Below the pieces are notes generated by a model, which was not told the origin of the DNA, did not search any database, and worked only from the letters and a program-made list of their open reading frames with translations. Position numbers and translations under genes: made by a program. DNA of 62,956 nucleotides, counting the filler, from Rhabdomonas costata (Eukaryota), in the NCBI GenBank assembly GCA_019059605.1. It is 49 parts of 49 records of this genome, joined end to end, with 100 filler letters (N's around TTAATTAATTAA, not from the genome) between each part and the next. Parts side by side here need not be neighbours in the genome. Positions count along the whole stretch, not along the records: positions 1 to 1,187 come from JAHMHO010024442.1; positions 1,288 to 2,474 come from JAHMHO010024443.1; positions 2,575 to 3,761 come from JAHMHO010024444.1; positions 3,862 to 5,049 come from JAHMHO010024445.1; positions 5,150 to 6,337 come from JAHMHO010024446.1; positions 6,438 to 7,623 come from JAHMHO010024447.1; positions 7,724 to 8,910 come from JAHMHO010024448.1; positions 9,011 to 10,197 come from JAHMHO010024449.1; 41 more parts are not named here. The stretch is one strand, 5' to 3'. This document shows, piece by piece, positions 1 to 12,027 of this stretch (positions within the stretch are counted from its first letter, which is position 1; each line of letters begins with the position of its first letter).

Positions 1-1186
1 TGTGGTGGGTGTGGGTGGGGGTTTTGGTCATTTTTGTGCACCTCCTGGGAGCCCATCACCCTCCTTATTGTTCTTGTTGCCCCCTCCCCGATCTATTTGT
101 CTGTTTTTTTTTGCTTCTTTCCGTTTGTTTGCACGTTGCTACCTTTGCATACCCCCAACACTGCCACGGCCCAGCGGTGGACTAACTTTAAGGAACCCTG
201 CAAAGAGACTGTCACAATTTGCCTACGCGCCACACAAAACATGTTTCGAACGCACCTTGTGTGCACAGAAAGGGGCCCACCCCTCCAAGTGGAAAGTGGA
301 AGGTATGGCGGACATTCCAGCTCCACGGGTCAGGGTGTTCAGTAAATTCACAAATATCCGAACCCACAGAGAGGTTTTTCCGTCGAAGTTTTTTCCGCGG
401 TACTTCAAGATAGCACAAGTCCATGACCGTCTGCGGTGCTAAAAGTGTGACAAAGGTAAGGCAGGGTTCTGGAACTCCGTCTTCTCCACTCCAGGTCAAC
501 CCAGGTGTAAGCTTTTTAGCAGCTGAACCTGTCGCCCCGCATCTCTTCACCGAGAGAGTATAGGTTTTCGCTCTGGAAGAAGGGTTCAAAATGCTGAGCA
601 GCGAAGTATCTGGATCGATGATGAAATCGGGAACATGGTCTCTGGTGGACAGCCCCTATGAAAAGATAGAAAGACACGAACACCATTCGACAGTGAAGGA
701 GTTTAGGGAGTGAAGAAAATAAAATGCCGGTGAATGCCCGCCAAAGTGTCACGAAAAATACCCAAACGTCAAAACTCCCGGAAGGACCCGGCAAGGAAGG
801 AATGTACCACTATACTGCTTTATTAAAATTTCCGTGCGGGTGCACAACAGGAAAATCACCACCTGTCTGTAAATTTTCATTGCAACGCGTCAACAACTGA
901 CCAGTTTAATTCTTGTCCTCTCAACAACTACATGCTTGCGTTAGTAAGTGCTGCCAAACAAAAACAATCGGGACGGAAAGTTCCCTTTGGTTCTTTCTTG
1001 TTCAAACCAAACCTAGAAGTCGAGCTCAGACTTTCTACACACATGCTCCATTGCGTGAGGGAACAAACACGGGCAAAAACCAGCGCTGCTATTTTGCATA
1101 CCAACCTCTTCTTGCTGAAACGCTGTATATTGACAACCCAAGAAGCGTTGCCGATGGCGACGTGACAGCCATCACAATGTGCCATA

Positions 1187-1287
1187 ANNNNNNNNNNNNN
1201 NNNNNNNNNNNNNNNNNNNNNNNNNNNNNNNTTAATTAATTAANNNNNNNNNNNNNNNNNNNNNNNNNNNNNNNNNNNNNNNNNNNN
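1187..1287. other. Artificial contig-joining spacer (N-run + TTAATTAATTAA + N-run); first of about 48 copies recurring every ~1287 bp
   Basis: The same 12-mer, with stops in all six frames and flanked by Ns, occurs at 1232, 2519, 3806, 5094 and onward throughout the window. Confidence 0.99.
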
Positions 1288-1467
1288 TGTTTTTTTGTAA
1301 TTCATATATTCTAATAACTTCATGTATTTTTCAATACTCATATTATCTTCTTTAAAATGTACTCCATTAAATATAATTTCAAATTCATCATTTCCTTTTA
1401 TATTTGTGAATATATTTATGATCTCATTATATTGTTCTTCTGTCACAAAAGTTCTTAGTGTACTCAT
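1288..1467 (-). CDS. Giant-virus (Mimiviridae-like) mRNA capping enzyme, N-terminal RNA triphosphatase region; 3'-truncated by contig end
   Basis: ATG at 1467 gives MSTLRTFVTEEQYNEIINIFTNIKGNDEFEIIFNG. This resembles the recalled mimivirus capping enzyme N-terminus (ENEYNEIVEML...LEFEVSFK) with the ExE metal-binding motif of tunnel triphosphatases. The contig is very AT-rich and intronless. Confidence 0.7.
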
Positions 1468-1515
1468 TTCTGTATACAATTATTATGTATTTTCTTTTTA
1501 TATTGTATTAAAAAA

Positions 1516-1523
1516 TCAATTTT
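1516..1523 (-). promoter_or_regulatory. Mimiviridae early promoter motif AAAATTGA
   Basis: Plus-strand TCAATTTT reads AAAATTGA on the minus strand, about 50 bp upstream of the ATG at 1467 in a short intergenic gap. Confidence 0.7.
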
Positions 1524-1604
1524 ATTATATGTATTTCAAATTCTTTTTCATCTAATATATCTATTTATTTCATTTTATCTTGTTTATTTTTCTTATTTCA
1601 TATT

Positions 1605-2474
1605 CTATATTTTTTTTATGTTTTCATATTTTGTTTTATATTTTATATATTTCCTATCATCTTCTTCACTATGTCTTATTTGTATATATTTTATTCTTTT
1701 ATAAAAAGGTATTACACAGTGTTCACATTGTGTTTTATGATCCATTTGTTTTGTACAATTAAACATATTTATAACATCAAATTTGTAAACATCTATCTTT
1801 TTACGTATTATCGTTTTAATATAAATATTTAATGGTTTTATATTTGCTTTTATTATCTTATCACCAGTTTTTGGTATGTAATGTTTACATAAGCATTGTG
1901 TTGTTGTTACTGAATCTGTATATTTGTAAAATAAATAAATTAAATGTTTGTCCATCAAATTTGTGTATTCGTTAAAACATCTCACTAAATTTAAAAATAT
2001 TAATGATATACAATCATCATCATCCTCACTATTAACATGTAAAACATCTATACTATATAAATAAAATATTAACTGTTTTATAATAAAATTATGTTTTGAA
2101 TCTGGTCGTTTTGAACGTAAAAAAAAATAGTTTTTAAATTGTTCCAAATATATATCATTTATGTTCATATTTACATAAAAATAATGTAAAAAGTATAACA
2201 TTAACTGTGATAGTACAGTTACATCTAAATTAAAATTTAATATTGATGGTAGTGTTGATATATATTTGACGTGTGATGCAAAATTACTATATTCAATATG
2301 TTGGAGTGTAATTAGGTAATTATAATATTTTATAATAATTTCTGTTATTGTAAATGAATTTAATGTATCTTGAAAACCATAATGTACTAAAAAAGAATCT
2401 ATATCAACTAATGTATAAACAAATAAATGTTGTTGGATAAAAAAAGTAATATAGTTTACGATATTATTTAAAAT
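1605..2474 (-). CDS. Hypothetical protein, probably viral; 5'-truncated
   Basis: The ORF track gives 1605..2201, but manual translation stays open upstream of 2201 essentially to the contig edge. AT-rich, I/K/N/Y/F-rich, no introns, and tightly packed against the capping-enzyme gene. Confidence 0.7.
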   Translation of the reverse strand: MLNNIVNYITFFIQQHLFVYTLVDIDSFLVHYGFQDTLNSFTITEIIIKYYNYLITLQHIEYSNFASHVKYISTLPSILNFNLDVTVLSQLMLYFLHYFYVNMNINDIYLEQFKNYFFLRSKRPDSKHNFIIKQLIFYLYSIDVLHVNSEDDDDCISLIFLNLVRCFNEYTNLMDKHLIYLFYKYTDSVTTTQCLCKHYIPKTGDKIIKANIKPLNIYIKTIIRKKIDVYKFDVINMFNCTKQMDHKTQCEHCVIPFYKRIKYIQIRHSEEDDRKYIKYKTKYENIKKI

Positions 2475-5154
2475 NNNNNNNNNNNNNNNNNNNNNNNNNN
2501 NNNNNNNNNNNNNNNNNNTTAATTAATTAANNNNNNNNNNNNNNNNNNNNNNNNNNNNNNNNNNNNNNNNNNNNGCAGGATGGTTATATGGTCCCGAGAT
2601 CCCCCCTGCCATCTTGGCTCGCACCCATATCAAGGAAAGGTCTTGTTTTGTGTTGCTACGCGCCGCAGGCGCGAGAAAAATTTCGATTTTTGCACCCAGC
2701 GGGAATGCTGCCACATCACGCCTGCGGGTTGTGTGGAGTTTGGTCCTCACACGGGTAGGTTTTCTGCTTGGGAAGCACAAAACAGCTGGAAATAAGAACA
2801 ATTCTGTGGTTCTGAGCTTACGGTGTAACATGCTTTTATAACGTTGATGTCCTTGCGGAACCTCCTCTAAGAGTGGCTGAAAGGGAGGGAGGGCAGTGAC
2901 ACGCGCCAACAAAATGAACAAATGCGGTTGTGAAAGATCAGGGTCTCAGGGTTGACAATTTCTTTCTAGATTTTTTGGGGAATTTTTTTAAATTTTTCGC
3001 GTGCTTTCTTTTTACGCTTTTCTGCCGTGAAAAAGTGGGTTACGCTGGTATCCACAGGAGCCATGTAGACCGTAAAGAAAGGAAGTCCGAAAGGAAGCAT
3101 CACCCCACCTCGAACTGCTAGACCAGATCCAGTCCAAGTACTGTGCAACCCCACGTCCCTATATATTTTGCCGCTGGGTAGCGTATTCGAACTTGGCCTA
3201 CCCTGCAATCACGTGAACACTGGACGACAGGTAAATTGTTCTGGTGACCTTGGGACTGAACTGTATTTCGCGAAGTGCACCATCCAATAAAATCACCTGT
3301 TTATAAAACCACCTTGTTTGTTTTACCCTTGTTCTTGGCTTTGGCTGCTGTCGTTGGAGTTTCGAGTATTTCTGGTCCTTTTGTCACCCACCAAGCTTTA
3401 AACGCTTTTTGGGCTCCCTCCTGGTTTTCTAGCGAAGAGCCGTTCTTGCCTGATGGACCCAGACACGTGAGGATTCCGTTTTCAAAATCGTGGACACTGC
3501 CCAGTTTCTAGGGTACTTTTCCCACCGCAACCCCTTGTTGGGGTACCCCTTGTTGGGCTTGCAGGGCAACGGTAGGTGTTCGAAACGTCCACAAAAACGT
3601 CACACCACAAAAGACCCCCTTTTGCAGCACCTCTGTTCTCGCAGAGCTTTTTTTATCGCCTGTACGACTCTCTTTTTCTGTACCCACCACCCTTTGTTCA
3701 AACTTTGGTGGGGGAAGGAGTTCAACGTTTCCAGTTTCCCCTGAGCTCGAACGTGTGTTGTNNNNNNNNNNNNNNNNNNNNNNNNNNNNNNNNNNNNNNN
3801 NNNNNTTAATTAATTAANNNNNNNNNNNNNNNNNNNNNNNNNNNNNNNNNNNNNNNNNNNNGGGGTTGTTTTACTTTTGATCGCAAAAAGTGAAACAAAC
3901 CGCATTGGTTCGTAATCACACACACAAACACATACACACAAACACACATAGCATCACAAACCACTCAAAACACACACGTACACATATCTTTGGTTTCTTG
4001 ATTGGGTGTGGGTGGCGTCGGGCTCTCCGGCTCCGCGCTTGATTGCTCTAGCTGGTGGCGGGGGCTCTTTCGCTGAGGAGTGGAAGGGGTCTTGGGCAAA
4101 ATGGGTGGTTTAGATGGACTTGTCTTGCTTTGGCTTCTGCAGGCTGCTCTTTCAAAGGCCTTTGCTTTCGAGTGTTCCGCTGGGATATGGGGTCCTGGAG
4201 GTCTTGCCTCTACCCAGCCGTCCGCTTACGCCTTTCCCACCCAAAAACAAGGCAAGCAAGAAGGGAACGGTACCAAAGCACAGCAAAGTGGAAAGTGAGA
4301 AGGCTCAGATCTCAAACTCAGCCCTGGCACGGCTTCACCTCGCTTTTAGCCTCGCAGTGCTTAACTTATTAGCTGTGATCTGTAAAATAGGTAAACAGCT
4401 TTCTAATCACAACCCAAAAACACCACAAAACCTAAAGTATACCAAATCAAACTCAGCAAAAAAGCATGCGACGTCAGACGTCGGTTTCCAGACCTTTTTA
4501 GGGCTCTTTTTTCATACTCTCATAATCTCTTGAAATCGGCGTTGAAGAACACCAACGTGTTGGTTTTTTTACATGTTCCTTCCTCCCATAGCTTGGTCTT
4601 GACCTCGTCGATTCTTGGCGAGCAAATACTCAAAAAAAATGAACATCGATGATTTCATTTATCCACGTAAGCATTTATCTCATTCATCCCGGCCTTATTT
4701 TTAGCCATTGTCCCGCCTCAAGCCTTTCTCGTCTATTTGATTGCCTCTACTCTTATATCTCGGGTGCGCTTCATCTCTTCTCCTCTCTGCTTGCTGGGTG
4801 CTTTCCTTTTTGCCTTTCTCTTGCCGTGCCTTCCTGCTTTTTCGTCTTTACCACTTTCCTTCCAAATCATTTCTCTTACTGTATCGCTCGGGGGTCTTGC
4901 CATTCTCTCTCTCTGATTCTGTATTCTCCAACCTTTCCATTCTCTCGCTTCGTTTTTCTGTCGGCGGGGGTGATATACTCAGGTTGTTCTTTTTAACGAC
5001 TTGCCTCGGGCAGATGTTCTTGCCCTTACTTCCATTCGTCCCAAACAAANNNNNNNNNNNNNNNNNNNNNNNNNNNNNNNNNNNNNNNNNNNNTTAATTA
5101 ATTAANNNNNNNNNNNNNNNNNNNNNNNNNNNNNNNNNNNNNNNNNNNNGGGTT

Positions 5155-5286
5155 GTGGGACAAACTTGGGCAGGAGGAGTGAGTGAGTGGGCAATGCGGA
5201 CCCGCCATCGCGTTTGTCACACCGCCGCTCCCCTGGCAGGTCCGCATTGCCCACTCACTCACTCCTCCTGCCCAAGTTTGTTCCAC
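5155..5286. repeat. Inverted repeat (48-bp arms, 5155-5202 and 5239-5286) at a contig start
   Basis: The arms are reverse complements with one mismatch. Confidence 0.9.
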
Positions 5287-6509
5287 GTTTCTACCAGTCT
5301 ACCCACGTGATACCTTTTTCCTCTTCACTTTCGCCTGCTTTAATGAATATTGCACGGTGCTGACTCTTGTCTTTTTCCCCTTTGCCGGGACCTTTACTGC
5401 TATAAAAAAATCGATATATCATCAATGGCACTGGACGCTCGCTTAACCATCAGGGTTGGGGTGCAACCTTACGAAACCGCAGCACACGCCAGGGACAGGA
5501 CACATAATAAAACGTCACCCACACAATAAAACGTGTTTTTACGCGTCGCAGCGCGGTGTTATTATTGATTTGCATGCTTAGTTGATCGATTACCGATGCA
5601 GACCCATTCTGAGGAGTTCGAGTTCAGTGCTTGACTGATCCCCGCTTCCCAAAGTCCACCTGAGACAGTCACAACCACCGTTAACCAAAATGAATATTCG
5701 CTTGCAATGCTGACAAAATAGAGAAAACGTCTGTCTTGTTTTCCACCTATTATTCTTTCTTTTCTCTTGGATCCAGAGGGGGGTTTTTCGTTCTGAAGTA
5801 TTTTTTGAAGCATAAATGAAACATGCAGGACAGGTATCGGCACAGTCACCCTTAAGCGTGTGGGGTAAGTAGGTGGGTCTAACAGTATTTGCACACTACT
5901 CTGGGTAAAAAAATAAATTGCATCTATCACTAAATTTCATTATCTTCCCAACCTTTTTATCCTGCTGTTGGAGTGACGTTTTTGGTGATCATCAGCCCAA
6001 CGAGGTGAAGACATCCAACCTTAACTTGAAATCGTTGCGGTTATAGATGAGGTCATACCACCTTGGCCACTACGCATGACGTGATGACATGACTCGCCTC
6101 ACCCCACCCCAGACTCTAAGGCGTAGCTGTAGGACTTGAGTAAGGATACCCTTACCGTTGATCCGAAGCCGTCCACTCTGGTAACAACACCCAAGGTCAG
6201 AATCCAAGAATACGTCGCGAACCCGAACAGAAGCGCAACCAACGCCTACGCTCACCACCCACGATCTCACACGCAACACAACCCCAGTACAACGCGAAGA
6301 AGATGGCTAACCAACCCAGACCCAGAGACACAAAACANNNNNNNNNNNNNNNNNNNNNNNNNNNNNNNNNNNNNNNNNNNNTTAATTAATTAANNNNNNN
6401 NNNNNNNNNNNNNNNNNNNNNNNNNNNNNNNNNNNNNTTTGGGTTTGGCCGAGCAAGAGCCCCCCCACACACTGCACCCTGATGCAGACTTCCTTCATAC
6501 TTCAAACAG

Positions 6510-7338
6510 CATCCACAACATTCCCCTCTCCATGACGGAGAAGCGGCTGCGGCGGCTTCTGCTGGGTGCGGTGAAGGACCACTGCGCGGCCTATGGGGAT
6601 CCCTGCGGGGCCTGGGACACCCGCCCCGTGGATAAGCGTGGTCGCCGCAAAGGAGAGGACCCAACCATCAAGCAGGTGGTGACCATTGCCTTGCCCACCC
6701 TGCGATCCCGAATACTTTGCATGCAGCAAATGACGTGATAAAGGAGGTAAGAGTCCTCTAGGTAGCACACGGCACTTGCCAACAGCAAGAGGTAGTCTCA
6801 GCACGTGCTGTTCGAACCCGGCGAAGGACTTCGACTGCGAACGACTGATCAGATGAAGACGCTTCGCTGAATGCGGTCCGAACCAAAACAAAGTGGAAAA
6901 AAGCGATGACTTCAGCACAACGCGGAGAGATTATGCTTAGTCGCTGATGCTGTCGCTGACTCAGGTTTCGTTTCTGTACTCATCAGTGGGTTTTGTTTTC
7001 CGTGACATATGAATTGTATTTTAATTCATGTCTTCTACATCAGGTGAACTCTCTCCACCGCAAGAGCTACATTTGCAGGTGACACTCACACATACAGCGG
7101 CTGCCAGAAGAAGCAGCCCGGGTAATTTCTGTTATGCGATGCTGTGCTGCCTCAACGCCCCCCCTCCTGTCCCCTGATTTTTTTGTTTGCGTCTAAAACA
7201 GCTGAAGCTGGCGATGGACCCGCTCTTCCCGGGGCGCCACAAGGGCTACGCCTTCGCGGAGTTCCGGTTCCACGAGCACGCTCTGATCTGCCTACGGGTG
7301 GTCAATAACAATCCCGAACTGCTTCCCGCCGGGCGCAG
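6510..7338 (+). CDS. RBM28: Nucleolar RRM protein RBM28/NOP4, C-terminal RRM; two exons (6510-6675, 7202-7338)
   Basis: The spliced product [21 protein letters not shown]...[44 protein letters not shown] matches the RBM28 signature GYAFAEFxxHEHALxxLRxxNNNP. The GT-AG intron 6676-7201 preserves the frame. Confidence 0.85.
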
Positions 7339-7900
7339 GTGCTCCCTCCCTCTCCCACACCCTGCTTTCACAGCACACCATCCCGTGCTCCCTTGCTCAC
7401 CCAATTGTGCTGCCATATCCGGACACCTTAGCCTGGCAACATGGCGACTACTTAGGTGGCTCCCCGGTTTTTTCTTAAATGACTGTGCTCTTGTGGGTTG
7501 AGTTCCCGACTGTCGGATGCAATGTGGAATGGTGACGACCTTACCCCCCCCCGTTCTCACAAAGCTCACTGATAAACCCACAGAACCCCAACCAGAACCA
7601 TTACCAGATACACGCCCAAACATNNNNNNNNNNNNNNNNNNNNNNNNNNNNNNNNNNNNNNNNNNNNTTAATTAATTAANNNNNNNNNNNNNNNNNNNNN
7701 NNNNNNNNNNNNNNNNNNNNNNNTGGCTTTCCTAGCCACGTGAGCCGTACTCTGCGGTCGGGCTTCAGGTGTGTGTGTGAACTCAGATTGTGCAATTGGT
7801 ACATGCGTGTGGATTTCGGTGCCTGATCGTGTACGTGGCAGTGTCCACTTCAGTGTCATTCCCATCTACGTGGGGCTGGGGGCATGCGCAGATATTTCAG

Positions 7901-8032
7901 GGCTCCAAGTGGAAGCCTGCCGCTCCGCTGCCCGCCGCGGTGGCGCACTCGTGCGCTGTGGTGCTTCCACCCCGCCCTGCGGTGCAGAGCACCGGCAACG
8001 CAGCTTTGGCTGCTGAGCTTGGGACTACCTGA
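7901..8032 (+). CDS. Possible terminal exon of a Kelch-repeat protein
   Basis: After TTTCAG the frame reads GSKWKPAAPLPAAVAHSCAVVL, resembling the Kelch W-x3-APLP-x4-H-x-CAVV motif, and ends in TGA. Confidence 0.4.
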   Translation, partial: GSKWKPAAPLPAAVAHSCAVVLPPRPAVQSTGNAALAAELGTT

Positions 8033-9030
8033 GTGTGGGACCTTGACGGCATGGTTGGCATCGAAGGGGGCACGTTGTGCCCGTCACTTTTGTGGGTTCT
8101 GCAGGCCAGAGTCTCTTGGAGCAACCGCCCTTGGGATGAGGGGGCACTTCTGTATGAATGCTGCAGCTGTGAGCTACCATGCTCCTGGGACGGGGTTCCT
8201 TTCCCCGCTCACCCACACCAATTGTAGCTTGCAGAAATAGATGGCAGTCCACATCAGACAGCCGCTGACCCATGCGCTGACTCAAATCAAAACAGAGCCC
8301 GGAGTGTGTTGAGGGCTGTGAATGAGCAAGAAATCTGTCCTGGGGATAATATTAATAACATGCGCCATTGCTCGTGTTGATCTCCGCCACTCACTTTCCT
8401 GCCTCTTTGGTTATGTCTCTCCATTGTCGACAATTGGCGGGATGAAGCAGCTTTTATCTCGAACAAGAAAATTGGTGCTTTTCCCGTAAAAAAAAACAGT
8501 ATAACCCCATCGACCACTTCACACACCGAATGCGGGATTTCAGGCACAGTGGTGGGCGGGGCGGACCTGTATTCTTGGGATTGAGGCGAGGGCTAACTTC
8601 GATTTTCCTCTCTCAGCTGCCCTTCCAAAATGCCTCGAATTACCATTGATGAAGTAAAACGGCATTCGTTGAAGCTGTCCTCTTGCCAGTTCGATACCCT
8701 CGTCGACGTACATTCTGGAGCTGCGCTTTGCTGAGTCCCAGACATGGGAGCGTCACCCAGTCGATCAGCCCAGGTTCACCCTTCCCGTCAGCGACTTCTC
8801 CCGAGTTCACTTGTTTCGCGTTGCGGACGTCAGCCCAGGCGGTGTGCAGGGCCCCTGGTCGGAGGAGGTCAGCAGCTACTCCGGCTCACCCAAGATAGCC
8901 ACCCCAAACCNNNNNNNNNNNNNNNNNNNNNNNNNNNNNNNNNNNNNNNNNNNNTTAATTAATTAANNNNNNNNNNNNNNNNNNNNNNNNNNNNNNNNNN
9001 NNNNNNNNNNGTGTTTGTGGTACAAAACAG

Positions 9031-9205
9031 GTATCGGGTGATTCTGGACGACACGGTGGGGTTCGGGGTGCTTGGGGCGACGGGGTGTGGGACCCCGGAG
9101 CACTTCGGGTTGACCCCAGTGCAGGAGCACATCGACATCTACGTGGGCGCGCTGAGCAACGCCCTGGGCTGCGTCGGGGGCTTCTGCGTGGGCAGCACCC
9201 CAATG
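9031..9205 (+). CDS. SPTLC1: Serine palmitoyltransferase subunit 1 (LCB1/SPTLC1), internal exon
   Basis: YRVILDDTVGFGVLGATGCGTPEHFG...IDIYVGALSNALGCVGGFCVGS is AOS-family sequence lacking the PLP lysine (ALSNALG), as in LCB1. Bounded by AAACAG and GTGGGC. Confidence 0.85.
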
Positions 9206-10563
9206 GTGGGCGCGCGTGCGCGTGCGCGTGCATTTTTTCCGCCAGTCTTGGAACAGTGGCGCTCCATTTGGAACACCACTGTCCACGTGAATTCCGGACG
9301 CTCGCCGCTCTTTTTGCGGTTCTTCACAAACCTCGGTTTCCCGACGCAAGCACACGCACACACACATACACACGCACTGTGGATACCCACGCACAAGCAA
9401 CCCCTCCGCGCTTCTGTGTCCTCCGTGTCACATCCCTGACACCAGTCTGATGTGTATTCGCGTGCGTGGTTCACAAGGGTGCCATCCGTCCCCCAGAAAA
9501 CCACACGGTGGCTTGTGAGCACTCGTGTGTCAATGCAAATGCTTACCCCCACGTTGATCGAAAGATCCAGTGTTCAAAGTCCGGCGCACACAACAGCCGC
9601 ACAGATGCAAAGAGATGAGGAAAACGTGAGTGCGGGAAAACAGTACAGTTTGAATGGAGGAACAATACCAATAGCTTTCAAGCAGTCAATAAAGGAAGAC
9701 ACTGGTGAAACAAGACAACAGCAGCAACTACAAGCCAACAGAGAGCCAACAACAAGACAACAGAAGCAACTACAAAATGGGAGTCCACTCCCATAGACGC
9801 CCACGCACTCCGACCGAGGCCCCTTTGGGAACCTCCCGAATTTGTCGGGAGTCGCAGTGTCCAGGGCGAGATCGAATAGCCGTACCTCGCCGTGCCAACA
9901 CCTGAGCAGACCCAGAGGCGCCTTGTTTGTGCGGGCAACAGCGTGTGTAGGGCGCTTAGATTTTCTTTTCACTTGAAGCGTCAAAGAAAAATGGGAGCAG
10001 ACCCCGCTCGCCTGAACCTCTCGGGCCCTGACAGGAATCCCGTCACTAGGAAGAAGCGAGGGGAGCTCTGCAGTTCTCTTTCAGGGGGGCAGGCTCACCA
10101 TTGGCAATCGCCGTTGAAGTATATTCTCCAATCAGCGAGAGTCAAGGGCCGGGGATGGGCGCCCTCCGTCAAAGCCCCCCAACAACGACCACCACACNNN
10201 NNNNNNNNNNNNNNNNNNNNNNNNNNNNNNNNNNNNNNNNNTTAATTAATTAANNNNNNNNNNNNNNNNNNNNNNNNNNNNNNNNNNNNNNNNNNNNGGG
10301 TTGGGTGGAAGAGAGTCTGGTAGTGGGGTGGTTGTGGGCAAGCCCAGGCGTTTGCGGCCATCATGTGCACAGGAACGGGAAGCGAATGGGAGCAGGAGGC
10401 AACTTGGGGTTGGGTTATCGGGGGATTTCAAGCCCCCCTAGAAGAACAACAAATCCAGCGGCCCTGCAATCGAAAAAATGAATACACTCAGTACCAGGTC
10501 ACCTCACTTTGTTTTTAGTAGGACGATGACACATACGACCGCTTAATTTTTGTTGAGCTCACG

Positions 10564-10705
10564 ATGTTAAAGCGCACTTTAGTGCGCCTTACTTTGGCGA
10601 CTGCAAATGTAAATCCTCGTCCTCTTTACTTGGATTTCCAGGCAACGTCTCCTGTGGATCCCAGGGTACTGGATGCAATGTTACCTTTTTGGACCGAACA
10701 ATACG
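10564..10705 (+). CDS. NFS1: Mitochondrial cysteine desulfurase NFS1, first exon
   Basis: A short basic presequence MLKRTLVRL is followed by [30 protein letters not shown]. Homology stops at donor GTTTGC (10706), just before the expected NPHS motif. Confidence 0.9.
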
Positions 10706-11933
10706 GTTTGCACCGCTATTTATGTGGGGTTTTCATTGGGTTTTCATTTCAGTTGGTGTGGTTCAAAATGACCAGTTACTCCAATTAAAGGACTCCGAAA
10801 GCACACTAAAAAAACGCGGGTACTTCGGACCTGAACTTTCCGTCTCGCGCTGGCGTGGGCTGTGCTGCTGTGCAGTGACACATCGACATGCCGGGGAGCG
10901 GCTTCGCTCAGTTCCAACACAAGGACGCGGAACGAGAGCCATCGGGTGGGGGTGGCTCGAGGCGGGTATCCCTGCTCGCGGAACAAATTATGGCGAGCAT
11001 ACCTGCCGCACGAGGCACAACTAAGGGCGTGGTCCCCCATGTGTCCTGCCGAGCACCACAACCTCCGCAAAACAAACCGGAGGGAAGTGGCACAATGCTT
11101 GCCACTCGTCAGCACGAACTGTGCCATCGTTGTCTTCAGTGGGAAGACTGGTTATCGATGCTCCGCTGTAGCTTCTGGAGCCAAGGGCGACATCCTAACA
11201 GAGTTTCCCAAACAAACCAATACGCCACAGCTTCTTGCACTGCCGAGGAGCTTCATCCCAGACGAAAAATCTCGGGGTCGTCCCCGACAGCTTGCAGGTC
11301 CCGCGTCAACCATCTGCTGGACAATGGGCGGGTCATAATGGGAAGCAAATCCAATCTCAAATGCATTTATTCCTGGTATAACTGCGTCGGAATGCATTTA
11401 TTCCAATAATATGCAACGCAAATAAGTGAGGTTTTCGCCTCTCCCAGCGAACACAATGCAACATTTGCACTGCACCCAACAACCNNNNNNNNNNNNNNNN
11501 NNNNNNNNNNNNNNNNNNNNNNNNNNNNTTAATTAATTAANNNNNNNNNNNNNNNNNNNNNNNNNNNNNNNNNNNNNNNNNNNNGGTGGTGGGGGGCGTG
11601 CGTCGCTCAAATGTGACCAGAAATGCTGAGTCAGAATGTTTTGGCAAAGAAAAGCGTCCAGGAGGTATTTTGTTCTCACCCTTGGTTGTGTTTGCGTCTT
11701 ACTTTTACCGAATACCAGTGACCAAGTTGCTTTGTTGCGTCTTTTTCGTTGGTGTGGGTGACTGTTTGCTTGCTCAAAATAACCGTTTTCGGATTTCTCA
11801 TTTTTGTACGAGCAAAACTAATTTTTGCACTGGGGCGCTAGCTGGCACTGCATAACATTTCGGCATTCGCACGACACATTGGTGCTCACATATGTGTTCT
11901 TTGCTATTTTCACACTCCACAACTCGCGCTCAG

Positions 11934-12027
11934 ATTGTTCGAACTATCAAGGTTCACGTGAAGAATGCCTTTCTCTGCAAAGAATGCATCACCGCGCTGC
12001 AGACCAAACTGTTTGACAAGCATCTGG
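11934..12027 (+). CDS. Putative internal exon, unknown helical protein
   Basis: AG...GT-bounded open segment IVRTIKVHVKNAFLCKECITALQTKLFDKHL. Confidence 0.3.

Noticed and set aside
2..1186. Overlapping ORFs on the first contig, and the many other 60-280 aa ORF-track entries
   Set aside because: They have no recognisable motifs, often use GTG/TTG starts, and mostly read through introns or lie antisense to real exons.
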